64,000 bases of DNA from Mobula hypostoma (Eukaryota): contig NC_086097.1 of the NCBI RefSeq assembly GCF_963921235.1, positions 100,876,001 to 100,940,000 of the forward strand. The letters run 5' to 3'. Position numbers and translations under genes: made by a program. This document shows positions 53,028-64,000 of the stretch, piece after piece (position 1 is the stretch's first letter; the number at the start of each line of letters is the position of its first letter). The notes below the pieces were generated by a model. That model saw only the letters and a program-made list of their open reading frames with translations, did no database searches and was not told where the DNA came from.

Positions 53028-53762
53028 AGCTCCAAGAACCCAAGCCTCGAGGATCCCACAGCCAAGCTCCAAGAACCCAAGCCTCGAGGATCCCGCAGCC
53101 AAGCTCCAAGAACCCAAGCCTCGAGGATCCTGCAGCCAAGCTCCAAGAACCCAAGCCTCGAGGATCCTGCAGCCAAGCTCCAAGAACCCAAGCCTCGAGG
53201 ATCCTGCAGCCAAGCTCCAAGAACCCGATCCTGCAGCCAAGCTCCAAGCCTCGAGGATCCTGCAGCCAAGCTCCAAGAACCCAAGCCTCGAGGATCCCGC
53301 AGCCAAGCTCCAGACCCAAGAACCCAAGCCTCGAGGATCCCGAGCCAAGCTCCACACCCAAGAACCCAAGCCTCGAGGATCCCGCAGCCAAGCTCCAGAC
53401 CCAAGAACCCAAGCCTCGAGGATCCTGCAGCCAAGCTCCAGACCCAAGAACCCAAGCCTCGAGGATCCCGCAGCCAAGCTCCAGACCCAAGAACCCAAGC
53501 CTCGAGGATCCCGCAGCCAAGCTCCAGACCCAAGAACCCAAGCCTCGAGGATCCCGCAGCCGAGCTCCAGACCCAAGAACCCAAGCCTCGAGGATCCCGC
53601 AGCCAAGCTCCAGACCCAAGAACCCAAGCCTCGAGGATCCTGAGCCAAGCTCCAGACCCAAGAACCCAAGCCTCAAGGATCCCGCAGCCAAGCTCCAGAC
53701 CCAAGAACCCAAGCCTCGAAGATCCCGCAGCCAAGCTCCAGACCCAAGAACCCAAGCCTCAA
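53028..53762 (+). repeat. Minisatellite, about 18 units of 37 bp then 43 bp
   Basis: Unit CCAAGAACCCAAGCCTCGAGGATCCYGCAGCCAAGCT(+CCAGAC). CTCGAG spacing is 37 (53046-53194) and then 42-43 (53287-53758). Confidence 0.95.
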
Positions 53763-55194
53763 GAGCTAAGACTCCAGCCTGTCTCCAAGCTCAGGCCTCT
53801 AGACCCCAGCCACATCTTGTCCTGAAGCCATGTCATGTCCTTGCCTGGTTCCGGAGTCCGAGCCCGAGGCAAGTCCTAGATTCTGGGTCCTTGTTCCGTC
53901 TCGGGCTCGGAATGTAAGCCTTGTCTCCTAGTCCATGGTTCCTAGTCCTGATCTCGCTTTCCCTAGCGCAAGTCTGCATTCTTGTCCCTGCTCCTTGCCT
54001 GAATCCTGTCAAGTCCCTACTCTAGTCAAGTCCTGTTCCTTGTACTTCAGTGTCTGTGTCTCACATTTGGGTCCATTCCCAGCACCCCTTTGCGATAAAG
54101 TTAAGAGTCATAATCATTTTACTATGTTAGAAGAGTTGAAAACTAGAGGACATAGATTTAAGGTGAGAAGGGAAACATTAAAAGGTGACCTGAGAGACAA
54201 ACTATTTTCACCGAGGGTAGGTAGTGGGTCTGTGGTATTTTGCACAGGTTTAAAGTTTTAATCTCCTAACACCCCTTTCCTTAGACAGCCATTAGGTTGC
54301 GTCAACACATTGAGAATGATGACAAGTTCTGTCACAGTCCGTCTTTGCTGAAAGATGGATCCTGAAATATGCAATGTAATCTACAACTACCAAAAAATGT
54401 ATACTGTACCATGCTAGTCACACCACAGTTTGGGTAATGCCACAGCATACCACATTGCAGGAAAGATACGATTGCTTTGGTGAAGGTGCCAAGGTGATTT
54501 ATGAGTTGTTTCCAGGACAATTTTTGTTGTATGTTTAGCCTAGAATTGTTGTTTTCCACAAAAGGAGACTGGAGTGAGCGTCAATTAAGTGTATAAATGA
54601 TTAGTGATTTGGAATAAAGTGGAAAGACTGTAGTGCTGTCCAATATCAGGGAAAATTAATTTAAAGTAATTGTAACAAGAATTATAAGGGAAATGGTGAC
54701 TTTTCTTTACAATCAGGGGTATGAAGAGTCTGGAACAGATGAAGAAAACACTCAACACATTTAAGTAAAAACTTGAAAGCTTTCTTGGACAGCCATGGAC
54801 TTTATGCTGGAAAATGGGATTAGGCTGAGACACAATGTGCCAAATGTTATGAGTCATGCCATACAGAAAAAGACCCTTCAGCCTACAGAATCTGCATTGA
54901 CTCTCAACAACCATTTACAGTTATCTTATTTTATTGTTCCTATATTCCCCTCAACTTTCCCCCCTACACACAGAGACCCAGTAAATTACCAACCTACTGA
55001 TCTTTAGAGCTTTGGACAAAACTGGAGCACCTAAGGGAAACTCAGATAAGTCACAATGAGAATGTGCAAAGACTGACAGCACCAGAGGTCATGATTAAAT
55101 CTGGGTTCAGGAAGACGAAAAACTACAGCACTACCAGCTAAGATAATCTGCTGCTATGATTTTATGACAAAGTTGCTATGTACTGCTGATACAT

Positions 55195-55625
55195 AAAGTG
55201 TAAAAGAGAGGTGAGAGTGGATATCGGAAACTGGAAAATGATGCTGAAGGGGCAGCAATGGGGGCAAGGAAATGGCAGACAAACTGAATAAGTATTTTAC
55301 ATCAGTCTTCACTGTGGAAGACACTATTAATATGCCAGAGGTTTTACAGTGTCAAGGGCAGATGTATGTAAAGTTGCCAATACAAGGGAGAGGTTCTTGA
55401 GAAACCAAGAGGTCTGAAGGTAGATGTCACCTGGACCAGATGGTGTATACCACGGGGTTCTGAAAGAGCTGGCTGAAGAGATTGCGAAGACATTAGTAGT
55501 GATATTTCAAGACTCAATTGATTCTGGCATGGTTCCAGAGGAATGGAAAATTGCAATGTTACTTCACTCTTCAAGAAGGGTGTGAGGCAGAAGAAAGGAA
55601 ATTATAACTCAGTTATTCTGACCTG
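55195..55625 (+). mobile_element. CR1 ORF2 fragment
   Basis: Similar to the reverse complement of 23580-23960 (GPDGVYHGVLKELAEEI). Confidence 0.7.
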
Positions 55626-55689
55626 TATCACTGCTTATATGGAAACTGAATTGTAGTGCACAGGGAAGTTCTACAATGGGTAGTCAAAA

Positions 55690-57110
55690 AAAGGCAACAA
55701 TTATACCAGTGCCAAAGAAGAATAATGTGGGCTGCCGTAACAACTATTGCCCGGTAGCACTCACATCGTCAGTGATGAAATGCTTTCAGAGGTTGGTCAT
55801 GACCAGACTGAACTCTTGCCTCAGCAAGGACCTGGACCCATTGCAATTTGCCTATCGTCACAATAGGTCAACAGCAGACACAATCTCCATGGCTCTTCAC
55901 ACGGCTTTAGACCACCCAGACAACATAAACATCTACATCAGGATGCTGTTCATCGACTATAGCTCAGCATTTAATACCATCATTCCCACAATCCTGATTG
56001 AGAAGTTGCAGAACCTGGGCCTCTGTACCTCCCTCTGTAATTGAATCCTCAACTTCCTAACCAGAAGACACAGGCTGTGCAGATTGGTGATAACATATCC
56101 TCTTCGCTGACGATCAACACTGGCATACTTCAGGGGAGTGTGCTTAGCCCACTGTTCTACTCTCTGTATAGACATGACTGTGTGGCTAGGCATAGCTCAA
56201 ATACCATCTACAAATTTACTGATGATACAACCATTGTTGGTAGAATCTCAGGTGGTGACGAGAGGGTGTACAGGAGTGAGATATGCCAACTAGTGGAGTG
56301 GTGCCGCAGCAACAACCTGGCACTCAACATCAGTAAGACAAAAGAGCTGATTATGGACTTCAGGAAGGGTAAGATGAAGAAACACATACCAATCCTCATA
56401 GAGGGATCAGAAGTGGAGAGAGAGAGCAGCTTCAAGTTCCTGGGTGTCAAGATCTCTGAGGATCTGACCTGGTCCCAACACATTGATGTAGTCATAAAGA
56501 AGGCAAGACAGTGGCTATACTTTATTAGAAGTTTGAAGTGATTTGGCATGTCAACAAATACACTCAAAAACTTCTATAGTTGTACTGTGGAGAGCATTCT
56601 GACAGGCTGCATCACTATCTGGTATGGAGGTGCTACTGCACAGGACCGAAAGAAGCTGCAGAAGGTTGTAAATCTAGTCAGCTCCATCTTGGGCACTAGC
56701 CTACAAAGTACTCAGGACATCTTTAGGGAGTGGTGTCTCAGAAAGGTAAAGTCCATTATTAAAGATCTCCAGCACCCAGGGCATGCCCTTTTCTCACTGT
56801 TACCATCAGTTAGGAGGTACAGAAGCCTGAAGGCGCACACTCAGTAATTTAGGAACAGCTTCTTCCCCTCTGCCATCCGATTCCTGAATGGACTTTGAAG
56901 CTTTGGACACTACCTCACTTCTTTTAATATACAGTATTTCTGTTTTTACACATTTTTTAGTTCTATTCAATATACGTAATAGATTTACTTGTTTATTTAT
57001 TATTATGTTTTTTTTCCTCTCTCTCTGCTATATTATGTATTGCATTGAACTGCTGCTGCTGAGTTAACAAATTTCACGTCACATGCCGGTGATAATAAAC
57101 CTGATTCTGA
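55690..57110 (+). mobile_element. 5'-truncated Rex1-like LINE
   Basis: [29 protein letters not shown] and FKFLGVKISEDLTW; tail aataaacctgattctga. Confidence 0.9.
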
Positions 57111-57444
57111 TATCACTGGCACCAACCGACCTGCCATCAAGGAAGGATGCTGGAAAAGGCCAATAATGTGAAGTGTCCCGCTAATGTTGCTCATGGACTG
57201 TTTGCCCCACTCCCATCAGGGAGGAGGCAACATAACATCAGCACCACGACCACCAGACTTAAACAGTTACACAAAAGATGAGAAAATCTGCAGATGCTGA
57301 AAATCCAAGCAGCACACAGAATTCTGGAAGAACTCAGCAGGCCAGGCAGCATTTATGAAAAAGGGCAAGCAGTCAATGTTCCTGATGAAGGGTCTCAGCC
57401 TGAAACATTGACTGCTTACTCTTCTTCATAAATGCTGCCTTGTA

Positions 57445-58205
57445 GCTCAAATATGATGGCAGAATATAGTATTAATGGTCAGACTCTTGGCAGTGTGGAG
57501 AATCAGAGGGATCTTGGGGTCCGAGTACATAGGACATTCAAAACCACTGCGCAGGTTGACTGTGTGGTTAAGAAGGCATACAGTGTATTGGTCTTCAACA
57601 ACCGTGGGATTGGGTTTAAGAGCCGAGAGGTAATATTACAGCTTATATAGGACCCCAATCAGACCCCACTTGGAGTACTATGCTCATTTCTGGTCGCCTC
57701 ACTACAGGAAGGACATAGGTACTATAGAAAGACTACAGAGGAGATTTAAAAGAATGTTGCCTGGATTAGAGAATGTGCCTTATGAGAATAAGTTGAGTGA
57801 ACTTGGCCTTTTCTCCTTGGAGAAATGGAAGATGAGAGGTGACCTGATAGAGGTGGATGAGATGATAAGAGGCATTGAAGTGTGGATAGCCAGAGGCTTT
57901 GTCCCAGGGCTGAAATGGCTCACATGAGGGGGCATAGTTTTAAGGTATTTGGAAGTAGGTACAGAGGAAATATCAGGGATAAGTTTTTCCACACAGAGTG
58001 GTGGGTGCATAGAATGCACCACTGGCGATGGTGGTGGAGGCCTATTGTATCTTTTAAGAGACTCTTAGATAGGTCCATGGAGCTTAGGAAAAATAGAGCT
58101 ATGCAGCAGGGAAACTCTAGGCAGTTTCTAAAGTAGGTTACATGGTTGACACAATGTTATGGGCTGAAGGACCTGGAATGTGCTGTAGATTTCTATTTTC
58201 TATTG
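57445..58205 (+). mobile_element. CR1 3' portion
   Basis: QRDLGVRVH, LEYYAHFWSPHYRKD and MRGDLIEV. Confidence 0.85.
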
Positions 58206-58350
58206 TCAATAACATCGCCTATTTTGAACCACTTGCAAGCCTCCTTATCTTGCTTCCTCCATTTTTCTAAATTATTAACTATTTCAAAAGAAGGACTGAG
58301 TCCCATAGAATCCCATGTAACAACATTCTCATCACAGAAACATCCACTGA

Positions 58351-60591
58351 TGTTCTTTATTTACTATTTAACTAATATTGTAAATGTTAAGCATTCTTTA
58401 TTAAATAATTCATTATAGATTGTACATAAACATATGTGAATTGCATATGTCATGCGCTATCATGTGATATGTGAGCATCTTGCTTAAAGCAAAAAACAAA
58501 GTTAGACTTGCAATTCCAGACCCTCCTGTTTTTATTTCGATTACTTTGTTTTGGAGTTACAAAACACAACTTAGACGACGAGGTATTTTTAAAGCGTACC
58601 CAAGATGACTACCTACCTGTTGAAGTGCAGCGAAATATTTAAGTTTTAAAAAAAGCACAGCAAGGAATGGCAGAGTAAAAAAAAACAGCACAGCACAGCA
58701 CATGTCCTTTGAAAGGGAACAAAAAGGCAGAAAATAGAAGAATTCACAGATTCATAAACATGAGCCCTGGGAGATAATCATTCTGTAATTCTTTTAAAAA
58801 ACTGCAGAAATAGCTGGCTACCTCAGAAAGAATAACACTTTTGCACGACAGATAACTACATTTTGAAGCAAATAAAATGGCCAATGAGAAACAAGTATCA
58901 GTTTTGCTGGGTGCACTGGGTGAAAAATCATACAGTTTGCTTAGGAGTTTGACTACTCCAACTAAACCAACGGAAATGAGCTTTGCTGATATCATGAAAG
59001 TTATGCAAAAATATTTAGAACCAAAACCACTGATTGCAGAATGCTTTAAGTTTCATAAGCAGAATCAAAAGAAAGGAATGTCCACTTCAGCATACGTGGC
59101 TAAATTAAAGAGGTTGTCCAAGCATTGTCAGTTTAATGATGTAATCGGAGATAGTTTTGTTTGTGGAATCTTACAAGAAAACATGCAAAAACAACTCATA
59201 ACTGAAGCACAACTTTTATTTTAAAGAACAGTTGAAATAGCTGTATCAATAGAAACAACAGACAGAGACTCAATTAAGAGAACATGACCAAAATTGCAAT
59301 GTCTAAACAGAAACCGACCTGGCAGGGACTCACACACCAGCCCAATGCAGGTTTAAATGCAAAACTTGCAGAAAATGTTGCAAAGTAGGACACATACAAA
59401 GAGCGTGCTAGGCAGACAAAAATAAATGGACGGCACAGGCTAGAGAAAAAGATAAAAAGTTGCAGTTTCAAAAACAGCACTAATCTGCACACTGTTGATT
59501 GAAAAATATGATCATGATTAGAGTGTCAAAGGACTGTGCAACCTTAAGAATTACAATTTGAAAACTAACAATAGACAAGCAACACGGCTTTCAACTGAAA
59601 TGAATGGCAAATTAAATTAAAATGGAATTCAACACTGTCTCAGGTCAACATGGCCACCCAGGATGGTGGAACTTGCAGCAAAAACTCCAGCTCCCCCATT
59701 TTTTTTTAAACCAGTGCTGAGATGAACTGTTGCCTAACAGAGGACAAAAGGTGTTGGTGTGCCTCTGGTTGAACCGAGAAACAACTATGCAGCTCAAAGG
59801 AAGCGTGAAAGTGATTAAAAACAGTGGTCAGATTACAATTGTTTTTGTAGGTAACATATGTGAGAAAGCCTCTGATATGTTAATCTGTCAGTTAAATGCG
59901 CAATGTGGCTTAGTTTTAAGGTGGAAGAGAGTTCAAGGAACTTCAGGAAAGTTGAAAGCATTTGGCTTTTATGAGTATAAAGAAATAGAATCTAGTGGGA
60001 GACAAAAACTGCTTATAAAAGTAGGGAAAAGCTAGGAAAAGATGAAGAAAGGTGCCCAGAACGGTCAGAGCCATTTCCTGCTGTCTCAGAGTCAACTCCT
60101 AGAATCATGGAGGAGGCCCCAAAAACCTGACATTGTTTTACAGCTACAAGATTCACTTGCCAAGCAGAATGACCCCCATTGTCAGGAAAAACATTACCCC
60201 ACAAGAGTAAGAAATCCTCCATAGTGATTAACTCTTCAGGCTTGAATGGGACCATTTAAAATTTACTCTGCTCTGGGTGTCTGTATAGTAGTTGTATTAC
60301 TGTGTATATATTTGAGATGCATTTTGTATTGATTTGGATTTTATAGCTAAGCAGGGAGGAGTGTTGTTTATTTAATATTTCAGTAATATTTGAGTAATAT
60401 TGTAAATATATTGATTAAGTAATTTTTAATAATTCATTACAGGTTTTATGTAAAAATCTGAATTGCATGGATCAGACCAGCACATGATATGTGAGTGCCT
60501 CACTGAAAGTAAAAAATGACGTTAGACTTGCATTCCAGACTCTCTTGTTTTTATTTCAATTACTTGTGTTTTGGAGTTACAAAATATAACA
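58351..60591 (+). mobile_element. Gypsy LTR element with pol replaced by host-derived sequence
   Basis: LTRs at ~58351-58571 and 60362-60591; TSD ACTGA (58346-58350 and 60592-60596); decayed tRNA-Ser-like PBS (tagacgacgagg); PPT AAGCAGGGAGGAG; gag at 58877-59224. Confidence 0.88.
59751..60024 (+). pseudogene. RBM25: RBM25 RRM-domain retrocopy fragment
   Basis: TIVFVGNICEKASDMLICQLNAQCGLVLRWKRVQGTSGKLKAFGFYEYKEIES versus recalled RBM25 TTVFVGNISEKASDMLIRQLLAKCGLVLSWKRVQGASGKLQAFGFCEYKEPES. Confidence 0.9.
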
Positions 60592-60649
60592 ACTGATCTT
60601 AACTCATTTAAGATGGAATTATTACTTTTGCCCTTCTCTCTTCTTTCTC

Positions 60650-62495
60650 TAGAACATAGAACACTACAGCACAGTACAGACCCTTCGACGCAATAACCTA
60701 ATCGAAGATCACTCTAACCATTTCCTCCTACATAGTCCTCTATTTTTCTATCATTCATGTGCACCCTGGTATTAGCCATGTAGCCTGGGAAAAAGAATCT
60801 GGCTATCCACTCGATCTACGCCTCTTATCTTGTACATAGCTATTAAGTCACATTTCACCTTTCTTTACCCTAGCTCACTCAACCAATCTTCATAGGACAT
60901 GCTCTCTAATACAGGCAGCAGCATCATGGTAAATGTCCTATGCAATCTCTCTAAAGCCTCTATATCCTTCATATAATGAGGCAGCCAGAGTTGAACAAAA
61001 TATTCCAAGTATGGTCTAACCAGGTTTTTATTGAGCTGTGACATTACCTCGCAGCTCTTGAACTCAATTCCCCGACTAATGAAGGCCAACACGTCATATG
61101 CCGCCTTAATCATGCTAAGTATCCCTAATCAGACTATTCTTCTCCAAATGCTTGTGAATTCTGGCTGTAAGAATCTTCTCCAATAATTTACCCATCACTG
61201 AAGTAAGACTCACTGATTTATAATTGCCAGGGTTACTCCCACTCCCTTTTTTCCTGAACTAAGGAATAACATTTGCCACCCTCCAATCAGCTGGTACTAT
61301 TCCTGCAGCTAGTGAGGATGCAAAAGCAGACATCCCACCTCTCCCGGAAGTTCCGGGAGTCTCCCGCATATTGATAGTGGCTCCCTGATGCCCACAAATT
61401 ATATACAATATCTCAGAAATTGATTTTTTTTTGAGAGCGAGCGACAGAGAGAGAGAGAGAGAGAGCACAAGAGAGAGCGAGAGAGAGAGAGAGTGAGAGG
61501 AAGCCATGGCAGAGTGTTCCAAAAAAAAGAAAATATAAAATGTACGTCACCCCAGACTACACTAAAGTGTACCCCTGCCTAATAGGGGTCAAAAATAATG
61601 ACAGTGTTGCTCGCTGCACTGTTTGCAACAGTGACTTTTCTACTGCCCATGGTGGGTTAAGTCTGTAAGAGACATGTTGAGGTGAGTTTAACAGGTGTCA
61701 TTCGTTCATTAGCATTGCTAACGTTATTTAAACTAGCTGGCTAGCTGCTAAGGAGCTACTCTATTGCAGACGTCCCACCTCTCCCGGGAGTTCCGGGAGT
61801 CTCCCACAAATTGATGGAGCTACCTCCCTGAAATGAGTTTTTGCAGGGTGGGATGTCTGCAAAAGTTATTCCCAAATGCGCAGCATGGGGTATATACCAT
61901 CTGGCCATAGGGATTTAGCTATCCTAATGATTTTAAAAGTTCCAGCACCACCACCTCTTAACGTCGACATTCAAGTATATTAGCCTGTTTTATGCTGTAC
62001 TCACAAACATCAAGATTTCTCTCACTGGTTAATATTGAAGTATTCACTAAGGACCTTACCTTCCGCCTCTGACTCCAGGCATACATTTCCTTTTTTACCC
62101 CTGGTTGGTCCTAACCTTACTCTAGTCATCATCCTGTTTTTCACGTGTTTGGAACACCTTGAGGTTTTCATTAATCCTTCTCACCGCCAATGCCTTCTCA
62201 TGCCCCCTTCTAGCTCTCCTAACTCCATTCTTCAGTTCCTTCCTGGCCATCTTGTAACTTCCAAGAGCCCTGTCTAATTCCTGCTTCCTAAACTTATGTA
62301 AGCTTCCTTCTTCCTCTTGACTAGATGTTCCATATCTCTTGTAAACCATGGTTTCTTCACCCTACCAACCATTCCCTGCTTCAATGGAACAAACCTACCC
62401 AGAACCCCATGTAAGTGTTCCCTAAACAACCTCCACATTTCCATGGTCATTTGCCTACACATCCATTCCCAATTTATGCTCCCAAGTTTCTGCCT
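60650..62495 (-). mobile_element. Decayed CR1 with a hAT MITE inside
   Basis: LVRPYLEYFVQLWLPHY and GIVPADWRVANVIP. Confidence 0.75.
61327..61859. mobile_element. hAT-type MITE
   Basis: TIRs CAGACATCCCACC and GGTGGGATGTCTG; (TG)CAAAAG on both flanks; internal copy of the left end at ~61767-61812; (GA)n tract. Confidence 0.8.
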
Positions 62496-64000
62496 CAAAA
62501 GAGAGGAGTTGACTAAAGTAAGTTGGAAGGAGATACTGGTAGGGATGACAGCAGAGCAGGAATGGCTTGGGTTTCTGGGAAAAATGAGGAAGGTGCAGGA
62601 TCAATGTATTCTGAAAACAAAGAAATAATTAAATGGCAAAATAGGTAAATTATAAGTATTGTGAACAGTTTTGGGCTCCCCATCTAAGAAAAGATGTGCT
62701 GGTGTTTGAGAGGTTCCAGCAGAGGTTCACAAGGATGATTCTGGGAATGAAAGGGTTATCACATGAGGAATGTTTGATGGCTCTCGGCCTGTACTTGCTG
62801 GAATTTAGAGGGATGAGAAGGAGAATGTTGAAAGGCCGAGTCACAGTAGATGTGGAAAGGATGTTTCCCATGGTAGGGTAGCCTAAGACAAGAGCGCACA
62901 GCCTCAGGATAGAGGGGCATCCATTTAAAACAGATGTGGAGAAATTTCTTTAGCCAGAGGGTGGTGAATTTGTTACCACATGCAGCTGTGGAGGCCATAA
63001 GCCATAAGAGCAGAATTACGCCATTCAGCCCATTGAGTCCACTCCACCATTCCATCATGACTGATCTTGGATCCCACTCAACACCGTACACCTGCCTTCT
63101 CGCCATATCCTTTGATGCCCTGACTAATCAGGAAACTATCAATTTCTGCCTTAAATATACCCATGGACTTGGCCTCTACTGCAGTCTGTGGTAAAGTATT
63201 CCATAGATTTACTACTCTCCGGCAAAAAAAAATTCCTCCTTACTTCTGTCCTAAAAGGTTACCCCTCAACTTTGAGGCCGTGTCCTCTGGTTCTGGATAT
63301 CCCCACCATAGGAAACATCCTCTCCACATTGACCCTATCTAGTCCTTTCAATTTTGAGTAGGCTTCAATGAGATCCTCCCCTCATTGTTCTAAATTCCAG
63401 AGAGTACAGGCCAAACGTTGCCAAATGCTCCTCATATGTTAATCCCTTCATTTCCAGAATTATCCTCGTGAACCTCCTCTGGACCCTCTCCAATAACAAC
63501 ACATGCTTTCTGAGATATGGGGCCCAAAACTGTTGACAATACTCCAAGTACAGCCTGACTAGAGTCTTATAAAGCCTCAGCATTATCTCCTTGCTTTTAT
63601 TTTCTATTCTCCTTGAAATAAATGCCAGTATTGCATTTGCTGCCATTACCACAGACTCAAACTGTAAATTAACCTTCTGGGCATCTTGCACAAGGACCCC
63701 CAAGTCCCTCTGCACCTCAGTTTGAACCTTCTCCTATTTAAATAATAGTTCGCACTATTGTTCCTTTTACCAAAATGCATTACACATTTCCCAACACTGT
63801 ATTCCATCTGACACGTTTTTGCCCATTCTTCCAATTCATCTAAATCCTGCTGCAAAAGCATTACTTTCTCAGCACTACCTACCCCTCCACCTATCTTCGT
63901 ATCATCTGCGAACTTTGCCACAAAACCATCAATTCCATTATCTAAATCACTGACAATGTGAAAAGCGGCGGTCCCAATACTGACCCCTAAGGAACACCAC
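62496..64000. mobile_element. Adjacent CR1 fragments (+ to ~62998, then - to the window end)
   Basis: QQRFTRMILGMKGL (+); MAKFADDTKIGG and LEYCQQFWAPYLRK (-). Confidence 0.8.

Larger units (their letters stand above)
45867..54097 (+). mobile_element. LTR-like element (probably a solo LTR) split by a Nimb LINE and containing a minisatellite
   Basis: Starts TGTCA, ends TGCGATA (possibly decayed TGTGACA), with TATAAG at ~45998. The flanking CR1 rejoins as catagata|aagtt. Confidence 0.55.

Noticed and set aside
53028..53762. CRISPR-like array
   Set aside because: The units are contiguous with no unique spacers, there are no cas genes, and the context is vertebrate.
52808..53917. 220-315 aa ORFs on both strands
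   Set aside because: These are by-products of a stop-poor tandem repeat; the translations simply cycle through frames.
59730..60035. Genuine RBM25 locus
   Set aside because: No introns seen, partial, with indels and an internal deletion, and enclosed by LTRs.

Overview
Repeat-dense vertebrate genomic DNA, not prokaryotic. The mix of CR1, Rex1-like, RTE and Nimb LINEs, tRNA-derived SINEs and Penelope-type termini suggests a cartilaginous fish, probably a ray (inference). I found one convincing host exon: 84 bp on the minus strand at 29186-29269, encoding DWEERRKKNIENFNEEMERIAEYEKNQR, which resembles CCDC9, so the window is probably mostly intron. The rest is layered mobile DNA. Most notable: (1) a 2.2-kb Gypsy element whose pol is replaced by an RBM25 RRM fragment; (2) a very young Gmr1/SCAN-type LTR element with intact gag-protease and an in-frame but catalytically dead IN/RT remnant, at the centre of a five-layer nest; (3) an ITS2-28S rRNA piece joined to a retroposon tail inside a MITE; (4) a non-autonomous Helitron; (5) a near-complete Nimb LINE whose endonuclease is fused in frame to an inserted Rex1 RT; (6) minimal hammerhead-ribozyme motifs; (7) DNA transposons resembling mammalian Tigger4/Tigger3, Charlie3 and Arthur1. 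All family and gene names come from recalled motifs, not database searches. Coordinates of old repeats are approximate.
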